DNA of 64,000 nucleotides from Escherichia phage SUSP2: sequence record KT454806; one strand, 5' to 3'. Shown piece by piece: positions 39,969 to 50,067 of this stretch (position 1 is its first letter; each line of letters starts with the position of its first letter). The notes under the pieces were generated by a model. It saw only the letters and a program-made list of their open reading frames with translations, ran no database searches and was not told where the DNA came from. The position numbers and the translations under genes were made by a program.

Positions 39969-40226
39969 GGGCTTGACAAATGATAAAAGAAAACTCTATC
40001 ATTACTTACAAAGGGCTTGACGGATTTTCTAAAACTGGTAAAGTCTCGTTTAGTTACTTGTCATGCACTGGCAATAAATGTTTAGCCTTGACAAATGGCG
40101 AAAACATCACACTAAAAGAAGTTATAAAAATTATTGCATAAAGTACTTTACAAGGGGTTTATAGTTCGATACCATAAGCCCCAGATAAAGAGCTTTACAA
40201 TCAATCCTAAACTGGAGATTCAAAAA

Positions 40227-40607
40227 ATGAAATATCGTGCGCCTAAATTCATCAGCAAAGAAAACTTTCGTGATGTACTGGAGAAAACACTTGATGAAAA
40301 ATTTCAAGGCAAAATAATTGTTGTTCACGCATACAATTTTAAGTATGATGTGAATGGTAACAAAATAAATCATTACCGCGCAACCATGTTAGATGGTAGT
40401 TTATCAGGTGATAAGGCTATCATTAATGCACTTGCTGGACGTGGTAAAACCTTGATAAAATGTGAGAAGAGACGTTATCAAGGCGCGGCATATGGTTATG
40501 AAGATGCGGTTTACCATCTTGATAAAATGGGTTACAATGTCGAGAAAGCTGGAGTTTCCCAGATGATTGGTAGTGATGGTTATGTAACTATCTTTAAAAT
40601 TAACTGA
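40227..40607 (+). CDS. small protein, array gene 2
   Basis: 126 aa; start directly after conserved leader. Confidence 0.5.
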   Translation: MKYRAPKFISKENFRDVLEKTLDEKFQGKIIVVHAYNFKYDVNGNKINHYRATMLDGSLSGDKAIINALAGRGKTLIKCEKRRYQGAAYGYEDAVYHLDKMGYNVEKAGVSQMIGSDGYVTIFKIN

Positions 40608-40694
40608 TAAAGTGCTTTACATGGGGTTATAAAGTTTGCTAGTATAGCCCCAGATAAAGAGATTTTATCACTACCCTAAACTGGAGATTCAAAA

Positions 40695-40952
40695 ATGGCT
40701 ATCATCAAAAACGTAGTAGTGAATGCAAAAACTCGCGATAACGCTCGTTTACTGGCAAAAGATTTAGATGGGAAAGTTGTTGACAATGGGAAAGATTCTG
40801 CTGTAAGATGGGGCGTAAAGTGTGACAAGCAATTAACCTTAAAACGTAGCTCTTACAATCTTTTCAAAGGTGTAAAAGCTATTGGTAAAACCAATGTTTA
40901 CACTAAACAAGGCTATAAAATGCACTTGGCATTAACTGCAAATTTAATCTAA
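40695..40952 (+). CDS. small protein, array gene 3
   Basis: 85 aa; conserved leader. Confidence 0.5.
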   Translation: MAIIKNVVVNAKTRDNARLLAKDLDGKVVDNGKDSAVRWGVKCDKQLTLKRSSYNLFKGVKAIGKTNVYTKQGYKMHLALTANLI

Positions 40953-41039
40953 AAAGTGCTTTACATGGGGTTATAAAGTTTGCTAGTATAGCCCCAGATA
41001 AAGAGCTTTACTAAATCAATCCTAAACTGGAGATTCAAA

Positions 41040-41552
41040 ATGAAAACTGTAGACGCCACCTTTGAAGTTGTAAAAGAAAAATTCTCTATCATTTATGAAG
41101 CTGTTAACTGCTATGAAGCAAGCCATAGCATCAGCGATTGGGAATTTACAGACAAACATCAAGGCGGGGTAACTATTAAAAATCCTAACTATCAACGTAA
41201 TGAATTTAAATATGCAATTCCTTTACGTTATAGCCTTAAACAGCTTTCTAGTGACTATGCAAAACAAGGCCGGGAAAATCCATCACAAGAGGCTTACATC
41301 AGCTTACAGAAAGAACTGGAAAGGGATTTAGAGGCTTCAGAATATAGCCTATCTGCAAAAGTTGTAGATGCAAATGGTAACACGGTTTTAGATAGTTTTT
41401 ATCTTGGCTATGCTTTTGATTGGTGCTATAGTGACGGCGACGATTTAGAGGATAGACTAAAAGAGGAAGTAAGCAATTCAGACGCAGAATCTGAAGTTAT
41501 GGAACGCTTAGAAGCCTTAAAAGATTCAATGATGAATATCTTTGACATCTAA
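41040..41552 (+). CDS. small protein, array gene 4
   Basis: 170 aa acidic; conserved leader. Confidence 0.5.
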   Translation: MKTVDATFEVVKEKFSIIYEAVNCYEASHSISDWEFTDKHQGGVTIKNPNYQRNEFKYAIPLRYSLKQLSSDYAKQGRENPSQEAYISLQKELERDLEASEYSLSAKVVDANGNTVLDSFYLGYAFDWCYSDGDDLEDRLKEEVSNSDAESEVMERLEALKDSMMNIFDI

Positions 41553-41640
41553 ATAAATTGCTTTACATGGGGTTATCAGGCTGATAAGATAGCCCCAGAT
41601 AAAGAGATTTACTAAATCAATCCTAAACTGGAGATTCAAA

Positions 41641-41937
41641 ATGTTTATCGCTGCAAATGTACGTTCCAAATTGAGCAAGCTTTTACAAGATATCAAATTT
41701 GTAGAATCTATGCGCCGCACTCATGAAGTCACAGAATGGTATCACGGGAAAATCAATGGTAAAGAAGTTGTTATCTGTATTTGGAACTTTTGTAAAGAAT
41801 ACAAAAAGCCATTGCTTCAGGTTGATATCTATGATAATGCAAATAAAAGTTCTGTTAAATCAACAAAAGATATGCTAGATTCTTTTGAGATTAGTCACAC
41901 TGGTAAACTATTTCACAAAGGGAAATCATCATGCTAA
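41641..41937 (+). CDS. small protein, array gene 5
   Basis: 98 aa; conserved leader. Confidence 0.5.
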   Translation: MFIAANVRSKLSKLLQDIKFVESMRRTHEVTEWYHGKINGKEVVICIWNFCKEYKKPLLQVDIYDNANKSSVKSTKDMLDSFEISHTGKLFHKGKSSC

Positions 41938-42254
41938 TTTCTGGAGTTGCCTTATTCATTGCTATTTTAGCACTGTATAAAGCCTATAAAGCGCATCAGG
42001 TGGCAAGTGATGCAATCACAAGGCAAATCAATAATAACCTTGTGACGGCGTTTCTAGAGCGTTTAAACGTGGAACAATTGAAGCATTTAGAGATGGGCTT
42101 CAGATTCAAGGCTAACACATATCAGGTTAGCGACATTTTAAGCGGTGATTTTCAGTTGGTTGATGATTATAACGCTTTACTAAATGCTTTAAACATCAGT
42201 GACTTGAAAGATTATCACGCTGTTATTGTTCACGAAATAAGCAAACGGAAATAA
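41931..42254 (+). CDS. small membrane protein, array gene 6 (no own cassette)
   Basis: 107 aa; N-terminal TM LISGVALFIAILALY; overlaps upstream stop. Confidence 0.45.
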   Translation: MLISGVALFIAILALYKAYKAHQVASDAITRQINNNLVTAFLERLNVEQLKHLEMGFRFKANTYQVSDILSGDFQLVDDYNALLNALNISDLKDYHAVIVHEISKRK

Positions 42255-42347
42255 ATTTCTAAAAAGGGCTTGCAACTGGTAACGAAAACAAGTAAATTAC
42301 TTATCAGACGGGCAAGCAAGCCCACTTCCTAAACTGGAGATTCAAAA

Positions 42348-42620
42348 ATGTATACCACAAATAACGGTCACACTTTAAACGTCACTTTAAAGCACTATGT
42401 AGACGGCGTATTAAACTTTGAAGAGTTAACAGCAGAACAGCACATTTTAGATTGGCAATTAGCAGGTTTACAGAAAACATCCACCGGATACGGGAAAAAG
42501 ATTCCTACATCTTGGAAAGTACGTTATTTAGGCAAGTTACGCAGAATCTATCAAGATGTTTACAGCAATAGTGGTGTAAGTTACATCATTGTTAACGGTA
42601 AAAAGCTGCATTTAGTCTAA
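42348..42620 (+). CDS. small protein, array gene 7
   Basis: 90 aa; type B leader. Confidence 0.5.
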   Translation: MYTTNNGHTLNVTLKHYVDGVLNFEELTAEQHILDWQLAGLQKTSTGYGKKIPTSWKVRYLGKLRRIYQDVYSNSGVSYIIVNGKKLHLV

Positions 42621-42708
42621 ATAAATTGCTTTACAGGGGGTTTATAAGTTGCTAGTATAAACCCCAGATAAAGAGATTTTATCACTAACCTAAACTGGAG
42701 ATTCAAAA

Positions 42709-43113
42709 ATGGCTATTAATAATCGTGACACTGCAATCCTGAAAGCACGTTTGACCGTTAACCGCATCAATGTAATTACATCAGCAGCACCTGATGAAAC
42801 ACTTCATAACATCATTGGTAAAATTCAAGGTGCAATCTTGGACGTTGAAAGCGTAAAAAATTCACTTGCAAATGTTGCATCAGGTGTTACACTTGACGGC
42901 GCACAATATGAAATGATTGACATGTTAGGCAAATCAAAAGTAATGAATAAAGAACTTGATTTGAAAATGTTTCGATTTGCTGTTAAAGTGTGGCTATCTG
43001 TTGAATATGACGCAAATTTTGCAATTGCTGATTTTTTCGCAACATGGTTACAACGTAACTTGACAAGCTATGATTTCCGTGGTATCTGCGATGCAATTTA
43101 CGCAGAACTTTAA
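42709..43113 (+). CDS. small protein, array gene 8
   Basis: 134 aa; type A leader. Confidence 0.5.
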   Translation: MAINNRDTAILKARLTVNRINVITSAAPDETLHNIIGKIQGAILDVESVKNSLANVASGVTLDGAQYEMIDMLGKSKVMNKELDLKMFRFAVKVWLSVEYDANFAIADFFATWLQRNLTSYDFRGICDAIYAEL

Positions 43114-43200
43114 AAAATCTATTGACACTGATTTTTAAATAGCTTAAATTACTAATCAGACGGGCAAGCAAGCCCACTTCCTAAACTGGAGAATCTGAAA

Positions 43201-43449
43201 ATGCTGAATTACTTAAACGTTCCCGATACTTGCCGACTGTTAACACAACCACAAAATTTAGGCAAGCCTTATTTATACCATATGCCAGATAACACGGCAA
43301 AGACTTACAGTTACACGGTTAACCGTTTTACGGCATACGCTGCAAAGAATGGTTACAAGGTTGTTACTCAAAAGGTAACGCTTTTTACAAGTATTGAAGA
43401 GCTTCCAACGGTTGCAGTTAAACTAATTTTCTCAAAGAAAACTAAATAA
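43201..43449 (+). CDS. small protein, array gene 9
   Basis: 82 aa; type B leader. Confidence 0.5.
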   Translation: MLNYLNVPDTCRLLTQPQNLGKPYLYHMPDNTAKTYSYTVNRFTAYAAKNGYKVVTQKVTLFTSIEELPTVAVKLIFSKKTK

Positions 43450-43535
43450 ATTGCTTTACATGGGGTTTATAGTTCGATAGTATAAGCCCCAGATAAAGAG
43501 ATTTACCAAATCAATCCTAAACTGGAGATTCAAAA

Positions 43536-44093
43536 ATGAAATGCTTTCACGGTACTACTCAAGAAAACTTTGTAAACCTGATGAATGGCGGTGATAAACC
43601 TTCAGGAGCTTGGAATTGCTCTGATATGGATGGATGTTTTTACGTTTACCCTGCAAATAAAATCTATGATTATGACTCATTAGATGACGATGAAATCACA
43701 ACCGAAGGTTTACGAAATGCGCTTGATAGTGCTACAATTACAGCAGCTATCCAGATGAAAACACAAAATATCGTGATTTTAGAACTTGACATTCCAGAAG
43801 ATGAATTAAATGATGATTGGTCTTGTGAAAATATGAGTGATATCGCAAGCTTTACAGAATACTTTGAGAAAGATTGGATTAAAAAGATATACATCACAGA
43901 ATTTAATGCTATGTATGCGCCGTTTTTTGTGCCTAACTTAATGAATCCAAATTTAGGTTATATTGATGAAAAACTTAGAGAAGTTGCAACATTCATCCAA
44001 AATGCTTATGACGGCGTAACCATCTATTGCAACATGCTAGACACAATGCAAGAAAGCTTAACAGAAAGCACTGTAAGCGACGTTTTAGCGTAA
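43536..44093 (+). CDS. small acidic protein, array gene 10
   Basis: 185 aa; type A leader. Confidence 0.5.
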   Translation: MKCFHGTTQENFVNLMNGGDKPSGAWNCSDMDGCFYVYPANKIYDYDSLDDDEITTEGLRNALDSATITAAIQMKTQNIVILELDIPEDELNDDWSCENMSDIASFTEYFEKDWIKKIYITEFNAMYAPFFVPNLMNPNLGYIDEKLREVATFIQNAYDGVTIYCNMLDTMQESLTESTVSDVLA

Positions 44094-44156
44094 ACCATAC
44101 AATCACACTAACAACATTCAAAAGCCCCGCATAGGGGCTTACAAGGGGTTTAAATC

Positions 44157-44393
44157 ATGTTAACGACTATCTATCTTATGCTTGCCGTTTGCTCTGGGGC
44201 TGATAATTGCCATTATGGGGCTTTAGAATCCTTTGAAGGTACTAAGCAAAATGCGGTAGAGGCTTGCAATATTGCTAGACAGGACTACCCGAAATCGTCT
44301 AAAATGGGTTGCTACGTCTTACAAGGTGAAGATGAAAACGCAGAATACTATGAAAATGTTAACGAAGATGAATTTTTAGAGATTTACAAATAA
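44157..44393 (+). CDS. small secreted/lipoprotein-like protein, array gene 11 (no own cassette)
   Basis: 78 aa; MLTTIYLMLAVCSG; follows AGCCCC..GGGGCT hairpin. Confidence 0.4.
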   Translation: MLTTIYLMLAVCSGADNCHYGALESFEGTKQNAVEACNIARQDYPKSSKMGCYVLQGEDENAEYYENVNEDEFLEIYK

Positions 44394-44469
44394 AGTACTT
44401 TACAAGGGGCTTAAAAGCTTGATACCATAAGCCCCAGATAAAGAGCTTTCCTAAACTGGAGTTTTCACA

Positions 44470-44616
44470 ATGTCAAATGCAGTTGAAACGGTTTTTAACA
44501 ATCCAGTATTTTCAGAGATGATTTTCTCGTTTATCATGATGTTACTTGTTAAAACCATGAAAAAGGCCGAAAAATTACACTCAAAGAAAAAAGCTATTGC
44601 AAACCGTTTTAAGTAA
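44470..44616 (+). CDS. small membrane peptide (48 aa), array gene 12
   Basis: Variant leader cctaaactggagttttcacaATG; hydrophobic core; below ORF-track cutoff. Confidence 0.35.
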   Translation: MSNAVETVFNNPVFSEMIFSFIMMLLVKTMKKAEKLHSKKKAIANRFK

Positions 44617-44664
44617 AGCTATAGTACCAATCAAGCCCACTTCCTAAACTGGAGAATCTGAAAA

Positions 44665-45006
44665 ATGGCACATGTAATCGTAATTACCGATAAAGAAAAT
44701 TCATCATGGTCTACACAAGTAAGCGACAAAATGAGTCCTATGCAGTGCTTAAAATACTTTGAGCAATGGAACAAGGGGGAAGATGTTAGCCCGTTTCATG
44801 TGATGCGTATCGTTCACACTGACAACGAAGGGAACAAAACAACCTTAAATAGCGAATACTACGCAACACGATTTGAAACAAAAGTCAATGCTATGAAATC
44901 ACTACGTGAGTCTGGTTATGGTCACATTGCCGCTTTACTCTGGAGTGATTTACTAAAAGGCCAAAAAATGAACTATGTCAAGCCTGAAAAAATCTTTATA
45001 AGCTAA
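44665..45006 (+). CDS. small protein, array gene 13
   Basis: 113 aa; type B-like leader. Confidence 0.5.
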   Translation: MAHVIVITDKENSSWSTQVSDKMSPMQCLKYFEQWNKGEDVSPFHVMRIVHTDNEGNKTTLNSEYYATRFETKVNAMKSLRESGYGHIAALLWSDLLKGQKMNYVKPEKIFIS

Positions 45007-45207
45007 TCAACAACTTACAAAAAACTTTCAAAAATTACTTGACGATACCCCTTGACAATAGTACATTTGTTCGAGGGGGTTTTATCTAAAAGGAATCACT
45101 TAAAAGATTCTTTATAGATAAGACTAAAAAAGGCTTGCAATCACTTTCTAAAAGCCCTATAGTATCTATCAAGCAATCAAGCTTACTTCCTAAACTGGAG
45201 AATCAAG

Positions 45208-45735
45208 ATGAACAAGTTTACCGCAATCAACACTATCCGCTCAAAAGATGTAATGAAAAAACCTGTTAAGGATACCTTTGAATTTACCCTGAAAGATAAA
45301 ACTTTTGCAGTTATCACGAAAGGGGAAGATAAAAAATATTACATCCATCGCCCAAATCAGAAAATGATGACAGCTAACAACTTTATGAAAGCTGTTGCAA
45401 TGATTTTACCGGATTATCTGGCTATCGTTGCAGAGATTCACGAAATGGCTATTAAGGCAACTAAAAACGAAATAAACCGTTATAAAATGGCTTATGAACG
45501 TTCTATCAAGTCTCATAATCTTTTTGTTGCAATTCACTATACAGGGATGTATGCTACAGGAACGGGTAACCAGCAACACCCACTTTATGAAGTAGAGAAT
45601 CTCTTTACTAGTGATTATCCAACAACTAAATTTAAAGTAACGTTAGGGGAAGCATTAAATAGAGCAATCCGACTTTATGAACAATCTTTAAAAAACTTAG
45701 AAAATTCGCTTGACGAGACGATAGCAAATCTTTAA
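45208..45735 (+). CDS. small protein, array gene 14
   Basis: 175 aa; variant leader. Confidence 0.5.
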   Translation: MNKFTAINTIRSKDVMKKPVKDTFEFTLKDKTFAVITKGEDKKYYIHRPNQKMMTANNFMKAVAMILPDYLAIVAEIHEMAIKATKNEINRYKMAYERSIKSHNLFVAIHYTGMYATGTGNQQHPLYEVENLFTSDYPTTKFKVTLGEALNRAIRLYEQSLKNLENSLDETIANL

Positions 45736-45792
45736 AGTATCTATCGAGGGGAAGAAATCACTTCCCCACTTTCCTAAACTGGAGATTCAAAA

Positions 45793-46041
45793 ATGGCAAC
45801 TATCCGCGCAACTGTTAACGAATATGGTTTTTACTCTCTTGATGTTAAATTTGACATTGTAGGCACTGACAGCGCCTTTGACATGGTGAAAAGCCTTGTT
45901 AGCCAGATTGTCAAGGATTATAACCCTGAATCTGATTTTTGGATTGCAGCCATTCAGGAAGCGGTAAAAGATGGTAAACATTGGCACTATTGGAACGATA
46001 AGATTATTTCTCTTTACTATGATAAAGATGGTCATAACTAA
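45793..46041 (+). CDS. small protein, array gene 15
   Basis: 82 aa; variant leader. Confidence 0.5.
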   Translation: MATIRATVNEYGFYSLDVKFDIVGTDSAFDMVKSLVSQIVKDYNPESDFWIAAIQEAVKDGKHWHYWNDKIISLYYDKDGHN

Positions 46042-46055
46042 CGAGACGCCGCAAC

Positions 46056-46130
46056 GGGGCAAATAGCCCCAGATACCTTAACAGCCCCTTTCTATGGATT
46101 CGATAGAATCTATCTCATAGGGGCTTTTTT
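46056..46130 (+). terminator. compound hairpin terminator closing the small-gene array
   Basis: GGGGC-aaata-GCCCC then AGCCCCT..AGGGGCT outer stem plus TTTTTT. Confidence 0.55.
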
Positions 46131-47674
46131 ACGTCTATGCAATCCCTATGCAGAATCTATCTCATACATTTAGAACAATAACTCTATAGCTTACTCTATA
46201 TCCTCTTATCAAATCAACTTAAATATAAGCCAATAACCCAGAAAGGGGATGGCATTCTAAGTGGTATTGTTACCAATCCCTAAAACGCTCTATAAAGCCC
46301 TATAACAGCTTATCAATCAAACTTAAGCAATCATATTAACCCACTCTTAAAAGCCCTTTATAGAGCTTCCTATAGCCTTAAAAGAATCTTATAAGGGTAT
46401 AAGCTTATAAGCTGGCTAGTATCTTGTGAACTACTAAAAAGGGCTTGATAACACTTAAAAGGTATGCTATGGAAAGCTTAAAAGTAGCTATAAAGTTACG
46501 TAAAAGCTAGCCCCCTTAACATTTTCTTAACAAATTCTTAACAACTCCTGAATAGTCACCCTTGTTAGGGGTATGTTAAATCATTGTTAAGACCTTGTTA
46601 AACCCTTGTTAGACTCTTTGGCATACCCTTTAAAGCCCCTATAAAGCCCTATAAAGAGCTATACAGTTACTTGGGCTATAGATACTAGGAAGAACCTTAG
46701 AAGGGGCTATAGAGAGCTATACAGGGCTTTTAAAAGGTATGTTTAGAGAATCACTAAGAAGTAAAGGGAACTATAGACCAAGGGATAGTGACCATGTTAA
46801 TAGCTTGTTAAAAAGGTTAAACACTTGTTAGGAACTTGTTAATTATCTTAACAAAATAACCCTTTAAAATTAACTAATTGGTATTGTTACCAATCCCTGT
46901 TAGCACTTGTTAGCTATCTGTTAAGATTCTGTAAAGCCTATGTAGCACTTGTTAGAAACTTGTTACACCCTTGTTAGTCCTGTTAAGAATCTGTTAAGAC
47001 CTCTGAAGAGATGTTAAGAGGATGTAGCAACTGTTAAGAAATTGTTAATGATATTTTAAGATTTTGCAAAGGGACTGTAAGGGCGATGTTAAGGGCTACC
47101 AAGCAGATATACACCCTAGGTAGATATTTTTGAGTTCCTTCATAACACCTAAAAAATGACTTGACAGTTCTATTTTATAAAAATTTTAAGAATTGCATAA
47201 ATATCTATATAGTATTCTGTATAAAACAGGTAAATACAGGCTTATAAGATACCTTGTTAATACCGTGTTAGACCTTGTAGGATAAGCCTTAGAAGGTGAT
47301 ACCTGTTTAGTTAGTTAAAACAGTCTATATAGAGGATTAGTAGAACCTAGTGAACACCCTGTAGAGGGTACTATCGTTTACCTAGAGATTAAGATGGGTA
47401 TAGGGGCTTCTAAGGGGATATGAAGAGATGGTTAAGGTGATTATATAGGTTTGGAAGAGGATTGATTAGAGGGCTATTTAGAAGGGTTATACAGAGGGCT
47501 ATAGAAACTCACTGTTAAGAGACTAAGATACTATATAGTACTATATAACTATATAGAGAGTAAGATTAAGTAGGCTGTTAAGAAAGGTAGATATTTTATC
47601 ACATGATATGGTGACCCAAGATGAACGGAGTGAATCCAAATTTTATAAAAATTATAAATTTCGTAAATTTTACT
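46131..47674. repeat. 1.5 kb ORF-free region dense in short repeats
   Basis: Dozens of (C/T)TGTTA(A/G) units (cttgttag, ctgttaag, ttgttaa), ctatag/tataaag repeats; no ORF of 60 aa or more in any frame; lies between convergent gene blocks. Confidence 0.6.
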
Positions 47675-47700
47675 CAATAAAAAGCCCCAATAAAGGGGCT
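47675..47700 (-). terminator. rho-independent terminator (minus strand)
   Basis: AGCCCC-tttatt-GGGGCT plus T-run on minus strand, just past the 47709 gene end. Confidence 0.6.
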
Positions 47701-47708
47701 GTATAGTT

Positions 47709-48329
47709 TTACATCACTTCTTTGAGCATTGCTCTCAACGAGGTCTTAGTCGTCTGGAAGAAGTGTGTGAATCCATTGTGACGTTCTCTTACCTGAAGCA
47801 TTATCTGGTCACCCTTAATTGGGTGTGAACTGATGTGGTATTCATTCAGGTTCAATACTGCACTTCCACCTTCAAAGATGTGACTCAGGTACGTAGCATC
47901 AATAAACTCTTCTTTACCTGTGACCTTGATACAGACACCTCTATTAACTCGTTTAGGATTGATATCTTCCATAACAAGCATTTGTTGTCCACCAAGAGAA
48001 ACCATAGTGAACTCTTTACGGTTAATCTGTTTAACGTACATTTCAAGTTTCTGCAAAGTATCTTTATAGAACGGATAAGACTTCTTAACAAAGATACCTT
48101 CAAGCGGCTCTTTACCATCTACAAACTCTCTTGAATGTCTAAGAGACATTACAATTTGTTGAAGCTGGTCTCTACATTCCGGTGAAAGATAGTTATCAAT
48201 ATCTTCCAAACTCAGTACCAAGTACTTTCTCTCTAACTCAAATTCTTTAGTCATACCAACCCCTTTCAACGTCTTTATAGTAAACTTTATCATTTCCCAA
48301 TGCTGTTCAGTGATTAGCATAATCTTCAC
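47709..48329 (-). CDS. hypothetical protein
   Basis: 206 aa; last gene of minus cluster. Confidence 0.5.
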   Translation of the reverse strand: MKIMLITEQHWEMIKFTIKTLKGVGMTKEFELERKYLVLSLEDIDNYLSPECRDQLQQIVMSLRHSREFVDGKEPLEGIFVKKSYPFYKDTLQKLEMYVKQINRKEFTMVSLGGQQMLVMEDINPKRVNRGVCIKVTGKEEFIDATYLSHIFEGGSAVLNLNEYHISSHPIKGDQIMLQVRERHNGFTHFFQTTKTSLRAMLKEVM

Positions 48330-48793
48330 CGAACTATTTCATAATGTGGTATAGAGTAAGCTTTATCGCCAGACGACATAACTAAATCTTCTTTCGTCAC
48401 AAGGAATCTGATTCCACAAAGATGAGCATATGACTTAGCATACTCAAAAATTTTAATGAGGTATGTACCGTCGTTGTACACAGCTTCTACCTCACCTTTT
48501 GCAACAATCTGTGCGGTCTGGAAATCCTTAATCTGATAGAGGTTACCAACTTTCACTGAAGGTTTCATCTCAGGTTCTTTGAACTCTGTACCAACCTTTA
48601 TGTCGCCTATCAAGTGAGAACTCTCAAAAGCTACATAGTTCATATAAGCCTCTGAACACTCCCAGATAAAACTTGAGACAAGAACCTTGGCAGCATGTCT
48701 TGAACAGTTCAGCTTGTCACAGATTTCTTTGTGCATCTCATCTTTAGTGGAATTGTCCAGCATTGCTTTACGAACGATTTCTTTAAGTTTCAT
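48326..48793 (-). CDS. hypothetical protein
   Basis: 155 aa; ATGA overlap with neighbours. Confidence 0.5.
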   Translation of the reverse strand: MKLKEIVRKAMLDNSTKDEMHKEICDKLNCSRHAAKVLVSSFIWECSEAYMNYVAFESSHLIGDIKVGTEFKEPEMKPSVKVGNLYQIKDFQTAQIVAKGEVEAVYNDGTYLIKIFEYAKSYAHLCGIRFLVTKEDLVMSSGDKAYSIPHYEIVR

Positions 48794-49206
48794 AGTTTAC
48801 CCTTAGCAATCTTCTCAAAAGTTTCAAAGGAGAGTTTACCGGATTTCAGATGTGGCACAAGCATCTCAGCAGCCATATCAACATCTACAGCAACTGTCAT
48901 AACTTGTTCTTCATAGTCACTCATCAGGATTTCAACAGTTTTAGAGTCCTTCGAAGGAAGTTCTAAGAACATATCAAACTCTTTACTATCAGGATGTGCT
49001 TTACCACGCCATAAACCTTGCATGTTGAATGAAATATCTTCACCCTGTGCAAAGTTGAAGCCTTCTATTTGAAATTCTTGAAGAATTGTGCAGATTATAG
49101 GGTACTCTGTTTCTGCCTCACTGATTCCTTCAACCATTACAGTTGTGGCAACAACATCTGCTAGAGTACTTTTAACATTTACAATTTTACCAACTAAGTG
49201 TTTCAT
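48790..49206 (-). CDS. hypothetical protein
   Basis: 138 aa. Confidence 0.5.
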   Translation of the reverse strand: MKHLVGKIVNVKSTLADVVATTVMVEGISEAETEYPIICTILQEFQIEGFNFAQGEDISFNMQGLWRGKAHPDSKEFDMFLELPSKDSKTVEILMSDYEEQVMTVAVDVDMAAEMLVPHLKSGKLSFETFEKIAKGKL

Positions 49207-49258
49207 TTTCGCTACCTTGTTTGGTTAAGAGGGGCTATCAAGTAACCCCTTCAAGATT

Positions 49259-49486
49259 TTACTCAGAATCCTCAGATTTCTTCTCAGTCTTCTTCGTTTT
49301 CTTTTCAGCTTTCTTCTCAACTTCTGGTTTTGATTCTACAGTAGCTTCAATAGCAATGTCCAGAAGTTTTGAAAGGTCAGCTTTAAGAACCGTTACAGGT
49401 TGTTCGTTGTAGTAGTTCTTATCAAGGTGCTCTTTCAGTTCGTTCAGAGAGCTAAAGCCGAATGGCTGGATAGGTGTCTTAATCAT
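49259..49486 (-). CDS. hypothetical protein with lysine/glutamate-rich tail
   Basis: 75 aa. Confidence 0.45.
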   Translation of the reverse strand: MIKTPIQPFGFSSLNELKEHLDKNYYNEQPVTVLKADLSKLLDIAIEATVESKPEVEKKAEKKTKKTEKKSEDSE

Positions 49487-49560
49487 TTATCACTCCTTAT
49501 AAGCATCTTTCAGGATTGCCTGATTAATCATATCAGCAATTGCATAACGGATACATACAG

Positions 49561-50067
49561 CTAAAATCTTAGGTTGCATTCTTTACTTACCTCTTCAAAT
49601 TTATTCTCAGCGTCCACAAGTCGTTTCTTATGAACCTTCATTCTCCAATAGGCAGCAATCATACCAGCAATTGGAAGGACATACAAGAACCAGAGTTCGC
49701 CAAGTTTCTTCTCGGTCTGATTCAGTGTTAAGTCTTGGTTGTAAAAACCCATAAATGAGATTACACAAATCATCACAAGGAAAATTCCAAGCATCAGGAT
49801 AGTTCCAGCCCAACCTCTGGCTTTATACTCACTGCTTGTACAGTCATTCTTCGCTTGAACAAGTTCGTTGTAGTCATTAATAAAATCTCGGTAGAATGCT
49901 TTCAGATATTCTTTGCTGTAACCTTCAAAGCACCCTGTACCAAACCAATTATCACCTCCGAAGTGTGAGATGACACCTGCTTCACCATTTGGCTTAGTAA
50001 TCTTCAGGGATACATGATGATTAGACTGCTGAAAAGAAATCACATCACGGCTATCTTCGTAAATCAT
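49561..50067 (-). CDS. membrane protein (two predicted TM helices)
   Basis: Start at internal Met overlapping upstream stop; segments ILMLGIFLVMICVISFMGF and LWFLYVLPIAGMIAAYW. Confidence 0.5.
   Translation of the reverse strand: MIYEDSRDVISFQQSNHHVSLKITKPNGEAGVISHFGGDNWFGTGCFEGYSKEYLKAFYRDFINDYNELVQAKNDCTSSEYKARGWAGTILMLGIFLVMICVISFMGFYNQDLTLNQTEKKLGELWFLYVLPIAGMIAAYWRMKVHKKRLVDAENKFEEVSKECNLRF

Larger units (their letters stand above)
40141..45792 (+). promoter_or_regulatory. 13 copies of a conserved promoter/leader cassette, one upstream of each of 13 small genes
   Basis: Type A: cTTTACA-(17-18 bp inside GGGGTTtAT..ATAaGCCCC inverted repeat)-TAGTAT/TAAGAT/TACCAT-agataaagag..cctaaactggagattcaaaaATG; type B: promoter then cagacgggcaagcaagcccacttcctaaactggaga..ATG; cassettes end at 39761, 40226, 40694, 41039, 41640, 42347, 42708, 43200, 43535, 44469, 44664, 45207, 45792. 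Confidence 0.7.

Noticed and set aside
39660-46062. Possible CRISPR array, given regularly spaced conserved repeats
   Set aside because: The repeats are about 90 bp promoter/leader cassettes, each followed by an ORF with a start codon at a fixed offset. They are not 28-37 bp repeats separated by spacers.
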